A stretch of DNA of 64,000 nt, taken from NCBI GenBank assembly GCA_963667465.2, contig CAXXDN010000002.1:416001-480000 (forward strand). Direction: 5' to 3'. A program made the translations under genes and the position numbers. The notes beneath the pieces are model-generated. The model saw only the letters and a list, made by a program, of their open reading frames with translations. It was not told the DNA's origin and did no database searches. The DNA comes from Dehalococcoidia bacterium. GTDB lineage: Bacteria > Chloroflexota > Dehalococcoidia > UBA2979. This document shows positions 1-8,993 of this stretch, in pieces (the stretch's first letter is position 1; the number at the start of each line of letters is the position of its first letter).

Positions 1-56
1 ACTGCTCGACCATGGCCTTCAGCAAGGCCGCCTCAACGATCATGAGGAGGGACTAG
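1..56 (+). CDS. 3' end of a gene entering the window, probably thiolase-like
   Basis: Reads ...CSTMAFSKAASTIMRRD* ending at TAG 54-56, just before a DUF35 gene, the same arrangement as the thiolase/DUF35 pair at 4286-5907. Confidence 0.35.
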   Translation, partial: CSTMAFSKAASTIMRRD

Positions 57-60
57 CGCG

Positions 61-474
61 ATGGCCGACTACGCGAAGCCGCTCCCCGACATCGCGGACC
101 CGAACATGGCGCCGTACTGGGAGGCCGCGAAGCGGCACGAGCTGCGGATGCAGCGCTGCACCAGCTGCGACTATGTGCGTTTCCCCGCGGCGAAGCACTG
201 CCCCGAGTGTCTCGAGGAGAACGACGACTGGGTGGAGCTGAGCGGGCGGGGGACTGTCTGGTCGTTCGGCGTCTACCACCACCTCTTCAACCGGGCGTTC
301 GCGGACGACATCCCCTACAACGTCGCCCTCGTCGAGCTCGAGGAGGGGCCGCGGCTCGTCACCAACATCGTCGGCGTGGCGAACGAGGCGATCGAGCTGG
401 GGATGCCCGTCGCGGTCGAGTTCGACGACGTGACGGACGAGGTGACGCTGGTCAAGTTCCGCCCGCGTGGGTAG
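61..474 (+). CDS. Zn-ribbon/OB-fold protein (DUF35, ChsH2-C-like)
   Basis: CxxC...CPxC (CTSC, CPEC), SGRGTVWSF, VELEEGPRL; GAGGAGG RBS. Confidence 0.92.
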   Translation: MADYAKPLPDIADPNMAPYWEAAKRHELRMQRCTSCDYVRFPAAKHCPECLEENDDWVELSGRGTVWSFGVYHHLFNRAFADDIPYNVALVELEEGPRLVTNIVGVANEAIELGMPVAVEFDDVTDEVTLVKFRPRG

Positions 475-585
475 CGGGGCGCGCCCTTCAGGTTTGTTAT
501 GCTCGCCTTGGCATCGGCGTCCGGCCACGCGGCTGATCGCGCCGCCCCGTACCCCGGCCCGCCCGACGCCGATCGGAGGTGCGCG

Positions 586-1782
586 ATGAGTAACGGACCG
601 CTGGATGGGGTTCGCGTCTTCGACCTCACGATGTGGATGGTGGGGCCGTGGTGCTCCGTCCAGCTCGGCGCCCTCGGCGCGGAGGTGGTGCACATCGAGC
701 AGCCGGACGTGGACTGGAGCACGCTCGGAGCGGGCGTACCGCCGCTGATCAACGGCACCTCGATTGGCTACATCACCTGGAACATGAACAAGCGCGGCCT
801 CTCGCTGGGCATGAAGTCGCCCGAGGACCGCACCGTTGCGTACGAACTGCTGAAGACGAGCGACGTCTTCCTGATCAACATGACGCCTGGCGTCGCCGAC
901 CGGCTGGGCGTGGGCTACGACATCGTCTCCGGGATCAACCCGCAGATCGTCTACTGCGCCATCACCGGCTGGGGCGAGGACGGGCCGATGGCGCTCCTGC
1001 CCGGCGCGGACACGCCCGCGCAGTACGTCACCGGCTTCTCGACAGGCACCGGCGTGCCGGACGGCGACGACGAGATCAACCGCCACTTCACCCAGATGGA
1101 CGCGACCAGCGGCAACTACGCCGCTCAGGCGATCCTGATGGGCCTCCTGGCCCGCAAGCGCACCGGCGAGGGCCAGCGGATCCACGTCTCGATGCTGAAG
1201 GCCGGCTCGGCGCTGCAGAGCGTGCGCATCGCCGAGTACCTCGCCAGCAGCCACCAGCCGCAGCGGCTCGGCTCCGGCTCGCAGAACACCGCGCCGGACC
1301 GCGCCTACGAGTGCGCCGACGGCAAGCTCCTCGGCGTCTCCGTCACCAGCGAGGACGAGTGGCGGGGCTTCTGCGAGGTGATCGGCCAGCCCGATCTTGC
1401 GGCCGATCCACGCTTTGCCGTCAACGCCGATCGCGTCGACAACCGCGAGGAGCTCGACGGCCTGCTCGATCCAATCCTCGCGGGCATGGTGCGCGATTAC
1501 TGGCTGATGCACCTCAACCGCGCCGGCGTCCCCGTCGGCTACCCGATGACGTGGGCCGAGCTTCGCCACCACGCGCAGGTGCTGGAGAACGACTACATCG
1601 TGCCGGTGGAGACGGCGGCCTGGGGCCCGGTCTGGACCGGCGGCCCGCCCTGGCAGCTCTCGGAGACGCCCGCGCGGATGTTCAGTCCGCCGATGCCCGG
1701 CGAGCACTCGCAGGAGATCCTCGCCGATCTCCAGCAGCAGCGCGCTGCCGCGGAGCAGCCGGCTGCCGCGCGGGAGTCCTAG
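586..1782 (+). CDS. CoA-transferase family III (CaiB/BaiF)
   Basis: GPLDGVRVFDL, LGAEVVHIE, NMNKRGL; Asp at the catalytic position (QMDATSG); GGAGG RBS before ATG 586. Confidence 0.9.
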   Translation: MSNGPLDGVRVFDLTMWMVGPWCSVQLGALGAEVVHIEQPDVDWSTLGAGVPPLINGTSIGYITWNMNKRGLSLGMKSPEDRTVAYELLKTSDVFLINMTPGVADRLGVGYDIVSGINPQIVYCAITGWGEDGPMALLPGADTPAQYVTGFSTGTGVPDGDDEINRHFTQMDATSGNYAAQAILMGLLARKRTGEGQRIHVSMLKAGSALQSVRIAEYLASSHQPQRLGSGSQNTAPDRAYECADGKLLGVSVTSEDEWRGFCEVIGQPDLAADPRFAVNADRVDNREELDGLLDPILAGMVRDYWLMHLNRAGVPVGYPMTWAELRHHAQVLENDYIVPVETAAWGPVWTGGPPWQLSETPARMFSPPMPGEHSQEILADLQQQRAAAEQPAAARES

Positions 1783-2985
1783 GTGGGCGGCCCGCTCGAA
1801 GGCCTGCGCGTCGTCGAACTCGCCGAGGGTGTCGCCGGGCCGTACTGCGCACAGGAGCTGGCCGACGCGGGCGCGAGCGTGGTCAAAGTCGAGAAGCCGG
1901 GCGGCGACCGCACGCGCGGCTGGGGCTCGCGCAAGCGCGGCGACGTCGGCGTCGCGTTCCTCGCGATCAACCGCGGCAAGCGCGGCGTTGCGCTCGACCC
2001 GGACAGCGAGAAGGGCGCCGCGATCCTGCGCAAGCTGATCGCCAGCGCGGACATCGTGATCGCGGACGCCGGCTGGTCTGCCGACGCCGCTCTGCAGTAC
2101 GACTCGCTCGGTGAGCTCAACCCGCAGCTGGTCTACTGCCGCTTCTCCGAGTACGGCAAGGCGGGGCCGTGGGCCGACCAGCCGCCGTATGGCGAGCTGG
2201 TCGCGCAGCTCGCGGGCGACGGGACCGGCTCGCTGGGCGCGATCGGGCAGCCACCGGTGCGCATGGCGACGGACATCGCGAGCATGTACGCCGCGATCTA
2301 CGCCGTGATGAGCATCTGTGCCGCCGTCTACGCACGCGACGAGAGCGGCGGCCAGCGCATCGACGTTTCGCTCTTCGGGAGCATCCTCGCGATGCGTTCC
2401 ACGCTCTGGGTGGCGCTCTCCAACCCGGACGAGTGGTGGGGGTTCCACCTCGACAGCTACATCAAGCCTCCGGACACCGGCTACCACTGCAAGGACGGCG
2501 CGATCTACTTCTCGCTGGCGCGCACGAGCCCCGAGCAGCGCGAGGAGCTGTACCGCGAGCTGGGCATGGAATGGGTCGAGGACGACCCGCTGTTCGAGCT
2601 GGTCAACATCGACACCGGCGGCGGGGGTGGGCGCTACTCGCACCTCGCGCGGCCGGTCTGGGAGCGGGCGCTCGCGAACTTCAGCATTGACGAGGCGATC
2701 GAGATCACTCGCCGCTACGGCGGCTGGGCCTACCCCAAGAACGACTACGAAGCGCTCGTCGCGGATGAGCAGGCGCAGCACGTCGGGTTGATCGAAACGG
2801 TAGCGCAGCCCGGCGCAGGTACGCTGAGCCAGGTGGCGCCGCCGTGGGACTTCGAGGGCACTCCCGCCGCGATCCAGGGCCCGGCCCCGCAGCTCGGCGA
2901 GCACAACGCCGCCGTCCTCGCCGAGGCCGGCTACTCCGAGGCCGAGATCGCGCGCTTCCGCGACGAGGGCGCCCTTAGCGGCTAG
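1783..2985 (+). CDS. CoA-transferase family III, probable non-catalytic subunit
   Basis: GPLEGLRVVEL, NRGKRGV; DIASMYAA in place of the Asp motif; GTG start abuts the upstream stop. Confidence 0.88.
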   Translation: MGGPLEGLRVVELAEGVAGPYCAQELADAGASVVKVEKPGGDRTRGWGSRKRGDVGVAFLAINRGKRGVALDPDSEKGAAILRKLIASADIVIADAGWSADAALQYDSLGELNPQLVYCRFSEYGKAGPWADQPPYGELVAQLAGDGTGSLGAIGQPPVRMATDIASMYAAIYAVMSICAAVYARDESGGQRIDVSLFGSILAMRSTLWVALSNPDEWWGFHLDSYIKPPDTGYHCKDGAIYFSLARTSPEQREELYRELGMEWVEDDPLFELVNIDTGGGGGRYSHLARPVWERALANFSIDEAIEITRRYGGWAYPKNDYEALVADEQAQHVGLIETVAQPGAGTLSQVAPPWDFEGTPAAIQGPAPQLGEHNAAVLAEAGYSEAEIARFRDEGALSG

Positions 2986-4166
2986 CCGATCACGCCCGCC
3001 GATCGCAAATCGGCGACCCGCTGGGCCTCGTAGCCGAGCGATGCGAGGACAGCTTCCGTCTGCTCGCCGGGGGAGGGCCCGACGGTCTGCGGTCGTCCGG
3101 GCGTCCCGGACAGCTTCGGCCCAACGCCGATCTGCGCCACCTGCTCGCCGCCGGCGCTCGCGACACTGGAGAGCATGCCGCGATGGCGGTTGTGCGGATC
3201 CTCCAGTGCCTCATCGAGCGAGTAGACGGGCGCGATGCAGAGCTCGGTTTCCTTGAGCTGCTCGAACCACTCGTCGCGCGTGCGCCCCCGGAAGGTCGCC
3301 TCCAGGTGCGCGCGGATCTCGGGGTGGCGGTCGGTGTCGTGCTGGAGCGGCTTGAAGTCCTCGCGGCCCACCACCTCGCAAAGGTTCTCCCAGAAGTGCG
3401 CCTCCTGGGTGCCCAGCGAAATGTAGCCGCCGTCCGCGGTCTCGTAGACATCGTAGTGGGGGTTCACGCCGGAGTAGCTGCTGGCGCCCGGGCGCGGCGG
3501 CTCGCCCCCGGCGAGCATGCGCGAGACCGCAGCGGCGAGCAGGTACATCACGCCGTCCGACATCGCAAGGTCGATGTACTGGCCTCGGCCGCTGCGCTCG
3601 CGCGCGAGCAGGGCGGTGGCGACGGAGAAGGCGGCCATCGTCCCGCCGCCCGCGTAGTCGGCGAGGATGTTGAGCGGGATCGCCGGTTTCTGGCCCGGCC
3701 GGCCGATCGCGCCCAGCGCGCCGGCCATCGCGATGTAGTTGATGTCGTGGCCGACCATCAGCCGGTAGGGGCCGTCCTGCCCGTAGCCCGACAGCGAGCA
3801 GTAGACGATGCGCGGGTTGATGCGCGAGACCGTCTCGTAGTCCACCCCGAGCCGCTCGACCACGCCCGGCCGGAAGCCCTCGAGGACCACGTCCGCGTCC
3901 TCGCAGAGGCTGTAGAAGATTGCCTTGCCCGCGTCCTCGCGCAGGTTGAGCACGATCGAGCGCTTGTTGCGCCGCAGCGCGTCGTGGCGGAGCTCGCGCG
4001 CCTCGGCCTCCTCGTCGCGCTCTGCCGCCGCGCCGCGCGTGACGAGGTGCCGCGGCCCCTCGACGAGCAGCACGTCGGCCCCGAAGTCGCTGAGCAGCAT
4101 GGTGCAGAACGGTCCCGGCGCCAGCCGCGACAAGTCCAGAACCTTCATGCCCTCGAGTGCGCTCAT
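2982..4166 (-). CDS. CoA-transferase family III / alpha-methylacyl-CoA racemase-like
   Basis: LAPGPF, EGFRPGV, GHDINY, NILADYAGG motifs. Confidence 0.92.
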   Translation of the reverse strand: MSALEGMKVLDLSRLAPGPFCTMLLSDFGADVLLVEGPRHLVTRGAAAERDEEAEARELRHDALRRNKRSIVLNLREDAGKAIFYSLCEDADVVLEGFRPGVVERLGVDYETVSRINPRIVYCSLSGYGQDGPYRLMVGHDINYIAMAGALGAIGRPGQKPAIPLNILADYAGGGTMAAFSVATALLARERSGRGQYIDLAMSDGVMYLLAAAVSRMLAGGEPPRPGASSYSGVNPHYDVYETADGGYISLGTQEAHFWENLCEVVGREDFKPLQHDTDRHPEIRAHLEATFRGRTRDEWFEQLKETELCIAPVYSLDEALEDPHNRHRGMLSSVASAGGEQVAQIGVGPKLSGTPGRPQTVGPSPGEQTEAVLASLGYEAQRVADLRSAGVIG

Positions 4167-4285
4167 GGCGGCCTCCCTTCCCGGGCGGTGCGGCGGTCAG
4201 TCTAGCGGCGCAATGCCCGGCCCGGCGCGCCGGCCAGAGCGGATCGGCGTTGTGATACCGTCGCGCCGCCTGTGAGGGGGCGCGC

Positions 4286-5494
4286 GTGGCGGCTCAAGCG
4301 GACCTCGATCGGCTCCGTCCCCTCAAGGATGTGGCGGCCATCGTCGGCGTCGGCGAGACCGACTACGCGGCGGACTACCGCACCGCGCGAGGCGAGGCGG
4401 CGGCGGTCGGGAGCGGCGGCGGCGACTCATACGTGCTCGCGGCCCGCGCCTTCCGGCGCGCCCTCGACGACGCCGGCCTCGAGAAGAGCGACATCGACGG
4501 GCTCTGCGTGGGCGGGCCGATCGCGCACGAGCGGATCGCCGAGGTGCTGGGCCTCAATCCGCGCTGGAGCAGCGGCGGCGACGCGCCGCGCAGCGTGATC
4601 GACGCCGTGCAGGCGATCCAGGCAGGCCTCTGCACGACCGTCGCCTGCGTCTACGGCAACGCCCAGCGCTCGGCGAACATCCAGTACGGCGGTCCCGAGG
4701 CGATGGGCGGCGGCGGGATCCTCTCCTACGTCTACTACGCGCCCTGGGGCCTGACCTCCCAGGGCGCGCTCTACGCGCTGATGTTCAAGCGTCACCAGCT
4801 CGTCTACGGCACCACCGAGGAGCAACTGGCCGCGATCCCGGTCGCGCTGCGCAAGCACGCCACGCTCAACCCGAACGCGATCATGCGCGAGCGCCCGCTG
4901 ACCACCGATGACTACCTGAACGCCCGCTACATCGTCGAGCCGCTGCGCCTCTTCGACTACTGCCTCGTCAACGACGGCGGGGTCGCCCTGATCGTCCAGC
5001 GCGCCGACCTCGCCCGCGAGCGCAGGCACGAGCCCGTGCTGGTCAGCGGCTTCGGCTGGTCCGAGCTGAGCGTGGACGCCACCCAGCTGCGGCCGCGCAT
5101 CAAGGACTTCTACTTCCCCGCCCACCACGACGTCGTCGAGCAGGTCTACCCGATGGCCGGCGTCAGCCAGAGCGACATCGACGTCTACGCGACGTACGAC
5201 AGCTTCAGCGTCCACCTGCTCTTCACCCTCGAGGGCTTCGGGTTCTGCGGCGAGGGCGAGAGCGGCGCCTTCATCCAGGACGGGCGCATCGAGGTCGGCG
5301 GCGAGCTGCCCTGCAACACCAGCGGCGGGATGCTCTCGGAGAGCTACATGCAGAGCTGGAACCAGCAGGTGGAGCTGGTGCGCCAGCTGCGCGGCGGCCT
5401 CGGCGACCGCCAGGTCGAAGGCGCCGAGGTGGCGCAGTATGCCCACGACGTGGCCGGCAAGTGCATGAGCCTGATCTACACGAAGGGCGGCTAG
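4286..5494 (+). CDS. Thiolase-family protein (SCPx/Ltp2-like)
   Basis: AAIVGVGET, PLRLFDYCLVNDGG, YDSFS, NTSGGMLSESY. Confidence 0.9.
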   Translation: MAAQADLDRLRPLKDVAAIVGVGETDYAADYRTARGEAAAVGSGGGDSYVLAARAFRRALDDAGLEKSDIDGLCVGGPIAHERIAEVLGLNPRWSSGGDAPRSVIDAVQAIQAGLCTTVACVYGNAQRSANIQYGGPEAMGGGGILSYVYYAPWGLTSQGALYALMFKRHQLVYGTTEEQLAAIPVALRKHATLNPNAIMRERPLTTDDYLNARYIVEPLRLFDYCLVNDGGVALIVQRADLARERRHEPVLVSGFGWSELSVDATQLRPRIKDFYFPAHHDVVEQVYPMAGVSQSDIDVYATYDSFSVHLLFTLEGFGFCGEGESGAFIQDGRIEVGGELPCNTSGGMLSESYMQSWNQQVELVRQLRGGLGDRQVEGAEVAQYAHDVAGKCMSLIYTKGG

Positions 5495-5496
5495 CC

Positions 5497-5907
5497 GTGG
5501 CCACGGAGCGCCCTCCTCGGGTGATGGACCCCTATGCCGAGCGCTTCTGGGAGTTCACCGGGCAGCAGGAGCTGCGCCTGCAGCAGTGCGGCGACTGTGG
5601 CCGCTTCCGCTGGCCGCCCGGCCCGATTTGCGATGGCTGCCTCTCCGAGGACTACGCCTGGGAGGAGGTGAGCGGCCAGGGCACGTTGCTGACCTGGGTG
5701 ACCTACCGCCGCCAGTACTTCCCGCAGTACCCGACCCCGCACACCGTGCTCATAGTCGAGCTCGACGAGGGCCCGCTGTTCGTCACCCAGCCCCTCGACC
5801 TCGAGGCCGACGGGTTGCGCGACGGCCTGGCGATGGAGCTCGACTGGCTCGACGGTGAGGATCGCCACGGCGAGTACCGGTTGCCGGTCTTCCGGCCCGC
5901 CGGATAA
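5497..5907 (+). CDS. Zn-ribbon/OB-fold protein (DUF35)
   Basis: CGDC...CDGC, SGQGTL, VELDEGP; GTG start 2 nt after the thiolase stop. Confidence 0.9.
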   Translation: MATERPPRVMDPYAERFWEFTGQQELRLQQCGDCGRFRWPPGPICDGCLSEDYAWEEVSGQGTLLTWVTYRRQYFPQYPTPHTVLIVELDEGPLFVTQPLDLEADGLRDGLAMELDWLDGEDRHGEYRLPVFRPAG

Positions 5908-5935
5908 CGCCGGGCCACCGCGAGAGGGGGACACC

Positions 5936-6898
5936 ATCGAGCGCATCGGCTTCGGCGCGTTCTACTCGCACCGCTCCGGACTCACGCCCGGCGAGTTCGC
6001 ACGCCGCATCGAGGAGCTCGGCTTCGACGGCTTCTGGGCGGGCGAGACGCCCACGAACCGCGATCCGTCGTACGACTCTTTCGCGACACTCTGTTTCGCG
6101 GCCGCCGCCACCTCGCGCATCACGGTCGGCTCGGACGTGCTGCTGCTGCCGCTGCACCACCCGGCCTGGGTGGCGAAGCAATTCGGCACCCTCGACGTGC
6201 TCTCCAACGGCCGCGCCATCCTCGGCGTGGGTGTGGGCGGCGAGTTCCCGAAGCAGTTCGAGGGCTTCGGCATCCCGTTGCGCGAGCGCGGCCGCCGCAC
6301 CGACGAGGGCATCGAGATCATCCGCAGCCTCTGGACGGAACAGGAGTCCAGCTACCACGGTCCGCACTTCGAGTTCGAGGGCATCACGATGGAGCCCAAG
6401 CCCATGCAGCAGCCGCACCCACCGATCTGGGTCGGCGGCCGGCCGGGAGGCATCGAGACCGGCCCGGACGGCGAGCCGCGCTTCAAGAGCACGACCGGCG
6501 CGATCGAGCGCGCCGCGAAGTACGGCGACGCCTGGGACCCCTACTACATGACGCCCGGGATGTACCGTGAGAGCGTCACGGCGATCCGCGCGCACGCCGA
6601 GGAGAACGGGCGCGACATCTCGAACATGGGGTGGGCGCTCACCACGTTCTGGCAGCTGCGCGATTCCTATGACGAGGCATTGGAGACGGCCGCCGGCAAG
6701 CTGCGCTACGGCCGTGACCTCTCGGCCCGCGTCGCGCGCTACGACATCCTCGGCAGCCCCTCCGACGTGATCCGGCGGCTGGAGACGTTCATCGACGCCG
6801 GTGTGCGTTACTTCATCTGCAACTGGTCATGCGACCCCTCGGAAGTACCGCGCCACATTGAGCTGATCGGCAACGAGGTGATCCCGCACTTCCGCTAG
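5936..6898 (+). CDS. LLM-class flavin-dependent oxidoreductase (start uncertain: ATC 5936 or GTG 5855)
   Basis: EELGFDGFWAGE, TLDVLSNGRAILGVGVG, PKPMQQPHPPIWVGG. Confidence 0.9.
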   Translation: MERIGFGAFYSHRSGLTPGEFARRIEELGFDGFWAGETPTNRDPSYDSFATLCFAAAATSRITVGSDVLLLPLHHPAWVAKQFGTLDVLSNGRAILGVGVGGEFPKQFEGFGIPLRERGRRTDEGIEIIRSLWTEQESSYHGPHFEFEGITMEPKPMQQPHPPIWVGGRPGGIETGPDGEPRFKSTTGAIERAAKYGDAWDPYYMTPGMYRESVTAIRAHAEENGRDISNMGWALTTFWQLRDSYDEALETAAGKLRYGRDLSARVARYDILGSPSDVIRRLETFIDAGVRYFICNWSCDPSEVPRHIELIGNEVIPHFR

Positions 6899-6905
6899 GG
6901 GGCGG

Positions 6906-7682
6906 CTACCCCTGCCGTCGAGGCCGCGTTGCGAGCCGGACGATGAGCAGGGCTATGGCGAAAGCTGCGAGGAATGCGATCGCCCGGGCGGGCGGCCCGG
7001 CGGACTCGTTGGCCGCTGCCGCCATGTTGGCGGCGCCGGGGCCGGCGATGCGCTCGCCATCCTCGGACGCCGGGCCGTGGCCAGTGGATGCGAGGGCCGG
7101 GCCCGGTTGTGTGGCTTCCGAGGTTGGCGCCGGGTCGGGTGTCTCGCCCTCGGCGCTCAGTGCGGGGTCGGTGCCGGCGATGCCGGGCTCCGCGGCCTGT
7201 CCTTCGCCGAGTGCGTTGAGGTCGTCCTCCGCCCGTTCGAGGGGTTGCGTGCGGCTGCAGGAGCTGACGAACAGGGTGGCGCCGTCGACCTGCTCGTACA
7301 TGCGCTGGTCGGCGTAGACGAGGAAGTCCCCGCCAATCTCGAAGTTCCCGTACCCGCATGCCGGACCGTGCCACACGTACACGAACGTCGCCGACGCCAC
7401 GGACCCCTTCCAGACGGCGCCGACCTCGAACTCAACCGACCAGTACGACTCCGTGCGATCGGACCCGAAGTCCAGCTCGAACTCGTATGTCTCGAGGGAG
7501 ACGACCGTCCCCGAGAAGACGGCGGCGGCCTCTTCGAGAGCCTCGAGGGGCGGTGGCGGCTCGGCGCAGGAGCACGCCTGCACGCGCCCGGCGCCCGCAG
7601 CGAGCTGCATGGTCAGCAGCGGGGCCAGCAGCAAGGCGCTGGCTGCGATCATGAGTACCAGCCGTCGCGGCATCGAATCCAT
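6906..7682 (-). CDS. Secreted, membrane-anchored TIMP/NTR-like protein
   Basis: Signal peptide ending VQA followed by CSC; AVFSGTV, ACGY, SSCSRT; C-terminal hydrophobic helix with basic tail; GGGAGG RBS. Confidence 0.65.
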   Translation of the reverse strand: MDSMPRRLVLMIAASALLLAPLLTMQLAAGAGRVQACSCAEPPPPLEALEEAAAVFSGTVVSLETYEFELDFGSDRTESYWSVEFEVGAVWKGSVASATFVYVWHGPACGYGNFEIGGDFLVYADQRMYEQVDGATLFVSSCSRTQPLERAEDDLNALGEGQAAEPGIAGTDPALSAEGETPDPAPTSEATQPGPALASTGHGPASEDGERIAGPGAANMAAAANESAGPPARAIAFLAAFAIALLIVRLATRPRRQG

Positions 7683-7852
7683 GGCAACTACCTCCCGCTG
7701 CACTCCCGGCCGAGCGCTGGAGATCCGGTGGCCCGTGTCTACCAATACGCGATCCGGCACTCCTTCGTTCCATCGGGACGGTGCGGGCGCTGGACAGTCG
7801 CACGAGGCGCGCGTACGAATGGCGGGCAATCACGCGCGGGAGGGATACGCAC

Positions 7853-8887
7853 ATGACCGACTCACTGCTCTGGGAAGACGTCAACGAGGGCGACGAGCTG
7901 CCCGTGCTTGAGTACCCGATCACTGTCAAGAACCTCGTCATGGGTGTCGTCGGCACGCGCGACTTCATGCCCTACCACCACGACTCCGAGTACACGAAGT
8001 CGATCGGCAGCCGTGACCAGTTCGTGAACACGATGTTCAACCAGGCGCTGTTCGGGCGCTTCGTGACCGACTGGTGCGGCCCGGACGCCGACTTCCGCGC
8101 CACCACGCTGCGCATGATCGGCCAGGTCTGTCCCGGCGACACGGCGATTATCGAGGGCCGCGTCGCGAAGAAGCACCGCGACGGCGACGACTACCTCGTC
8201 GAGCTGGAGCTGAACTCTCGCAACCACCTCGGGACGGCCTGCCTCTCGACGGCGACGATGGCGCTGCCGTCTCGCGAGGGCGGCGCGGTGAAGCCGCGGC
8301 TGGAGCTGGAGAAGCCGCAGATCGAGCTGGACCCGGAGTTCCCGGACTTCGCCCGCGAGTGGCTCGGCAAGGAGTCGGAGCCGCGCTCCGGCGCCTACCC
8401 GGTGAGCGAGGTCCAGATCATGTACTGGGCGGACATGGTGGAGGACGCCAACCCGCTCTACGAGGACACGGAGTACGCGCGCAACAGCCGCCACGGCGGG
8501 ATCATCGCCCCGCCGATGGGGCTCATCACCTGGACGATGGATCGCCCTGGCCGCAGCGGCGTCAACCCGGAGGCCCCGGACGTCAGCGAGCCCGACCGCG
8601 GGCCGTGGCCGCCTCGCAGCGAGCCGCGCGCAACGGCGGAGCGCTTCGACCCGCCGGGCGCGACGGCGACGATCGCGACGATCTCGGAGCAGGCGTACGG
8701 CAAGCCGCTGCGTCCGGGCGACCGCGTGTCGGCCTCGACGGAGGTGGTCAACTGCTCCGGGCTGAAGCAGACGCGGCTCGGGCCGGGCTACTTCACGACG
8801 GTGCTCAACAACTACTACAACCAGGACGGTGACCTGGTCGGTACGAACCTGTTCACGCTGCTGCGCTACACCGCGCAGGAGGGCTAG
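7853..8887 (+). CDS. Double hot-dog MaoC-type (R)-hydratase/dehydratase
   Basis: N-domain RDFMPYHHD (D-x4-H); C-domain EDANPLY...GGIIAPP...PLRPGD. Confidence 0.85.
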   Translation: MTDSLLWEDVNEGDELPVLEYPITVKNLVMGVVGTRDFMPYHHDSEYTKSIGSRDQFVNTMFNQALFGRFVTDWCGPDADFRATTLRMIGQVCPGDTAIIEGRVAKKHRDGDDYLVELELNSRNHLGTACLSTATMALPSREGGAVKPRLELEKPQIELDPEFPDFAREWLGKESEPRSGAYPVSEVQIMYWADMVEDANPLYEDTEYARNSRHGGIIAPPMGLITWTMDRPGRSGVNPEAPDVSEPDRGPWPPRSEPRATAERFDPPGATATIATISEQAYGKPLRPGDRVSASTEVVNCSGLKQTRLGPGYFTTVLNNYYNQDGDLVGTNLFTLLRYTAQEG

Positions 8888-8993
8888 CGAGGCCCGCTCT
8901 CGATTCCGCGCCGCGAGAGCGTCCGGCGAGGCCGCTCCTGTGTAATAATGCGCGCAAGCCCACGGATCGGATCCGCGGCCTGCACGGAAGGCG

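Noticed and set aside
40-2904. Long antisense ORFs (also 21868-24480, 25718-27826, 34833-37271 and many others)
   Set aside because: Shadow frames opposite clear genes; high GC codon bias suppresses stops and no motifs are recognisable
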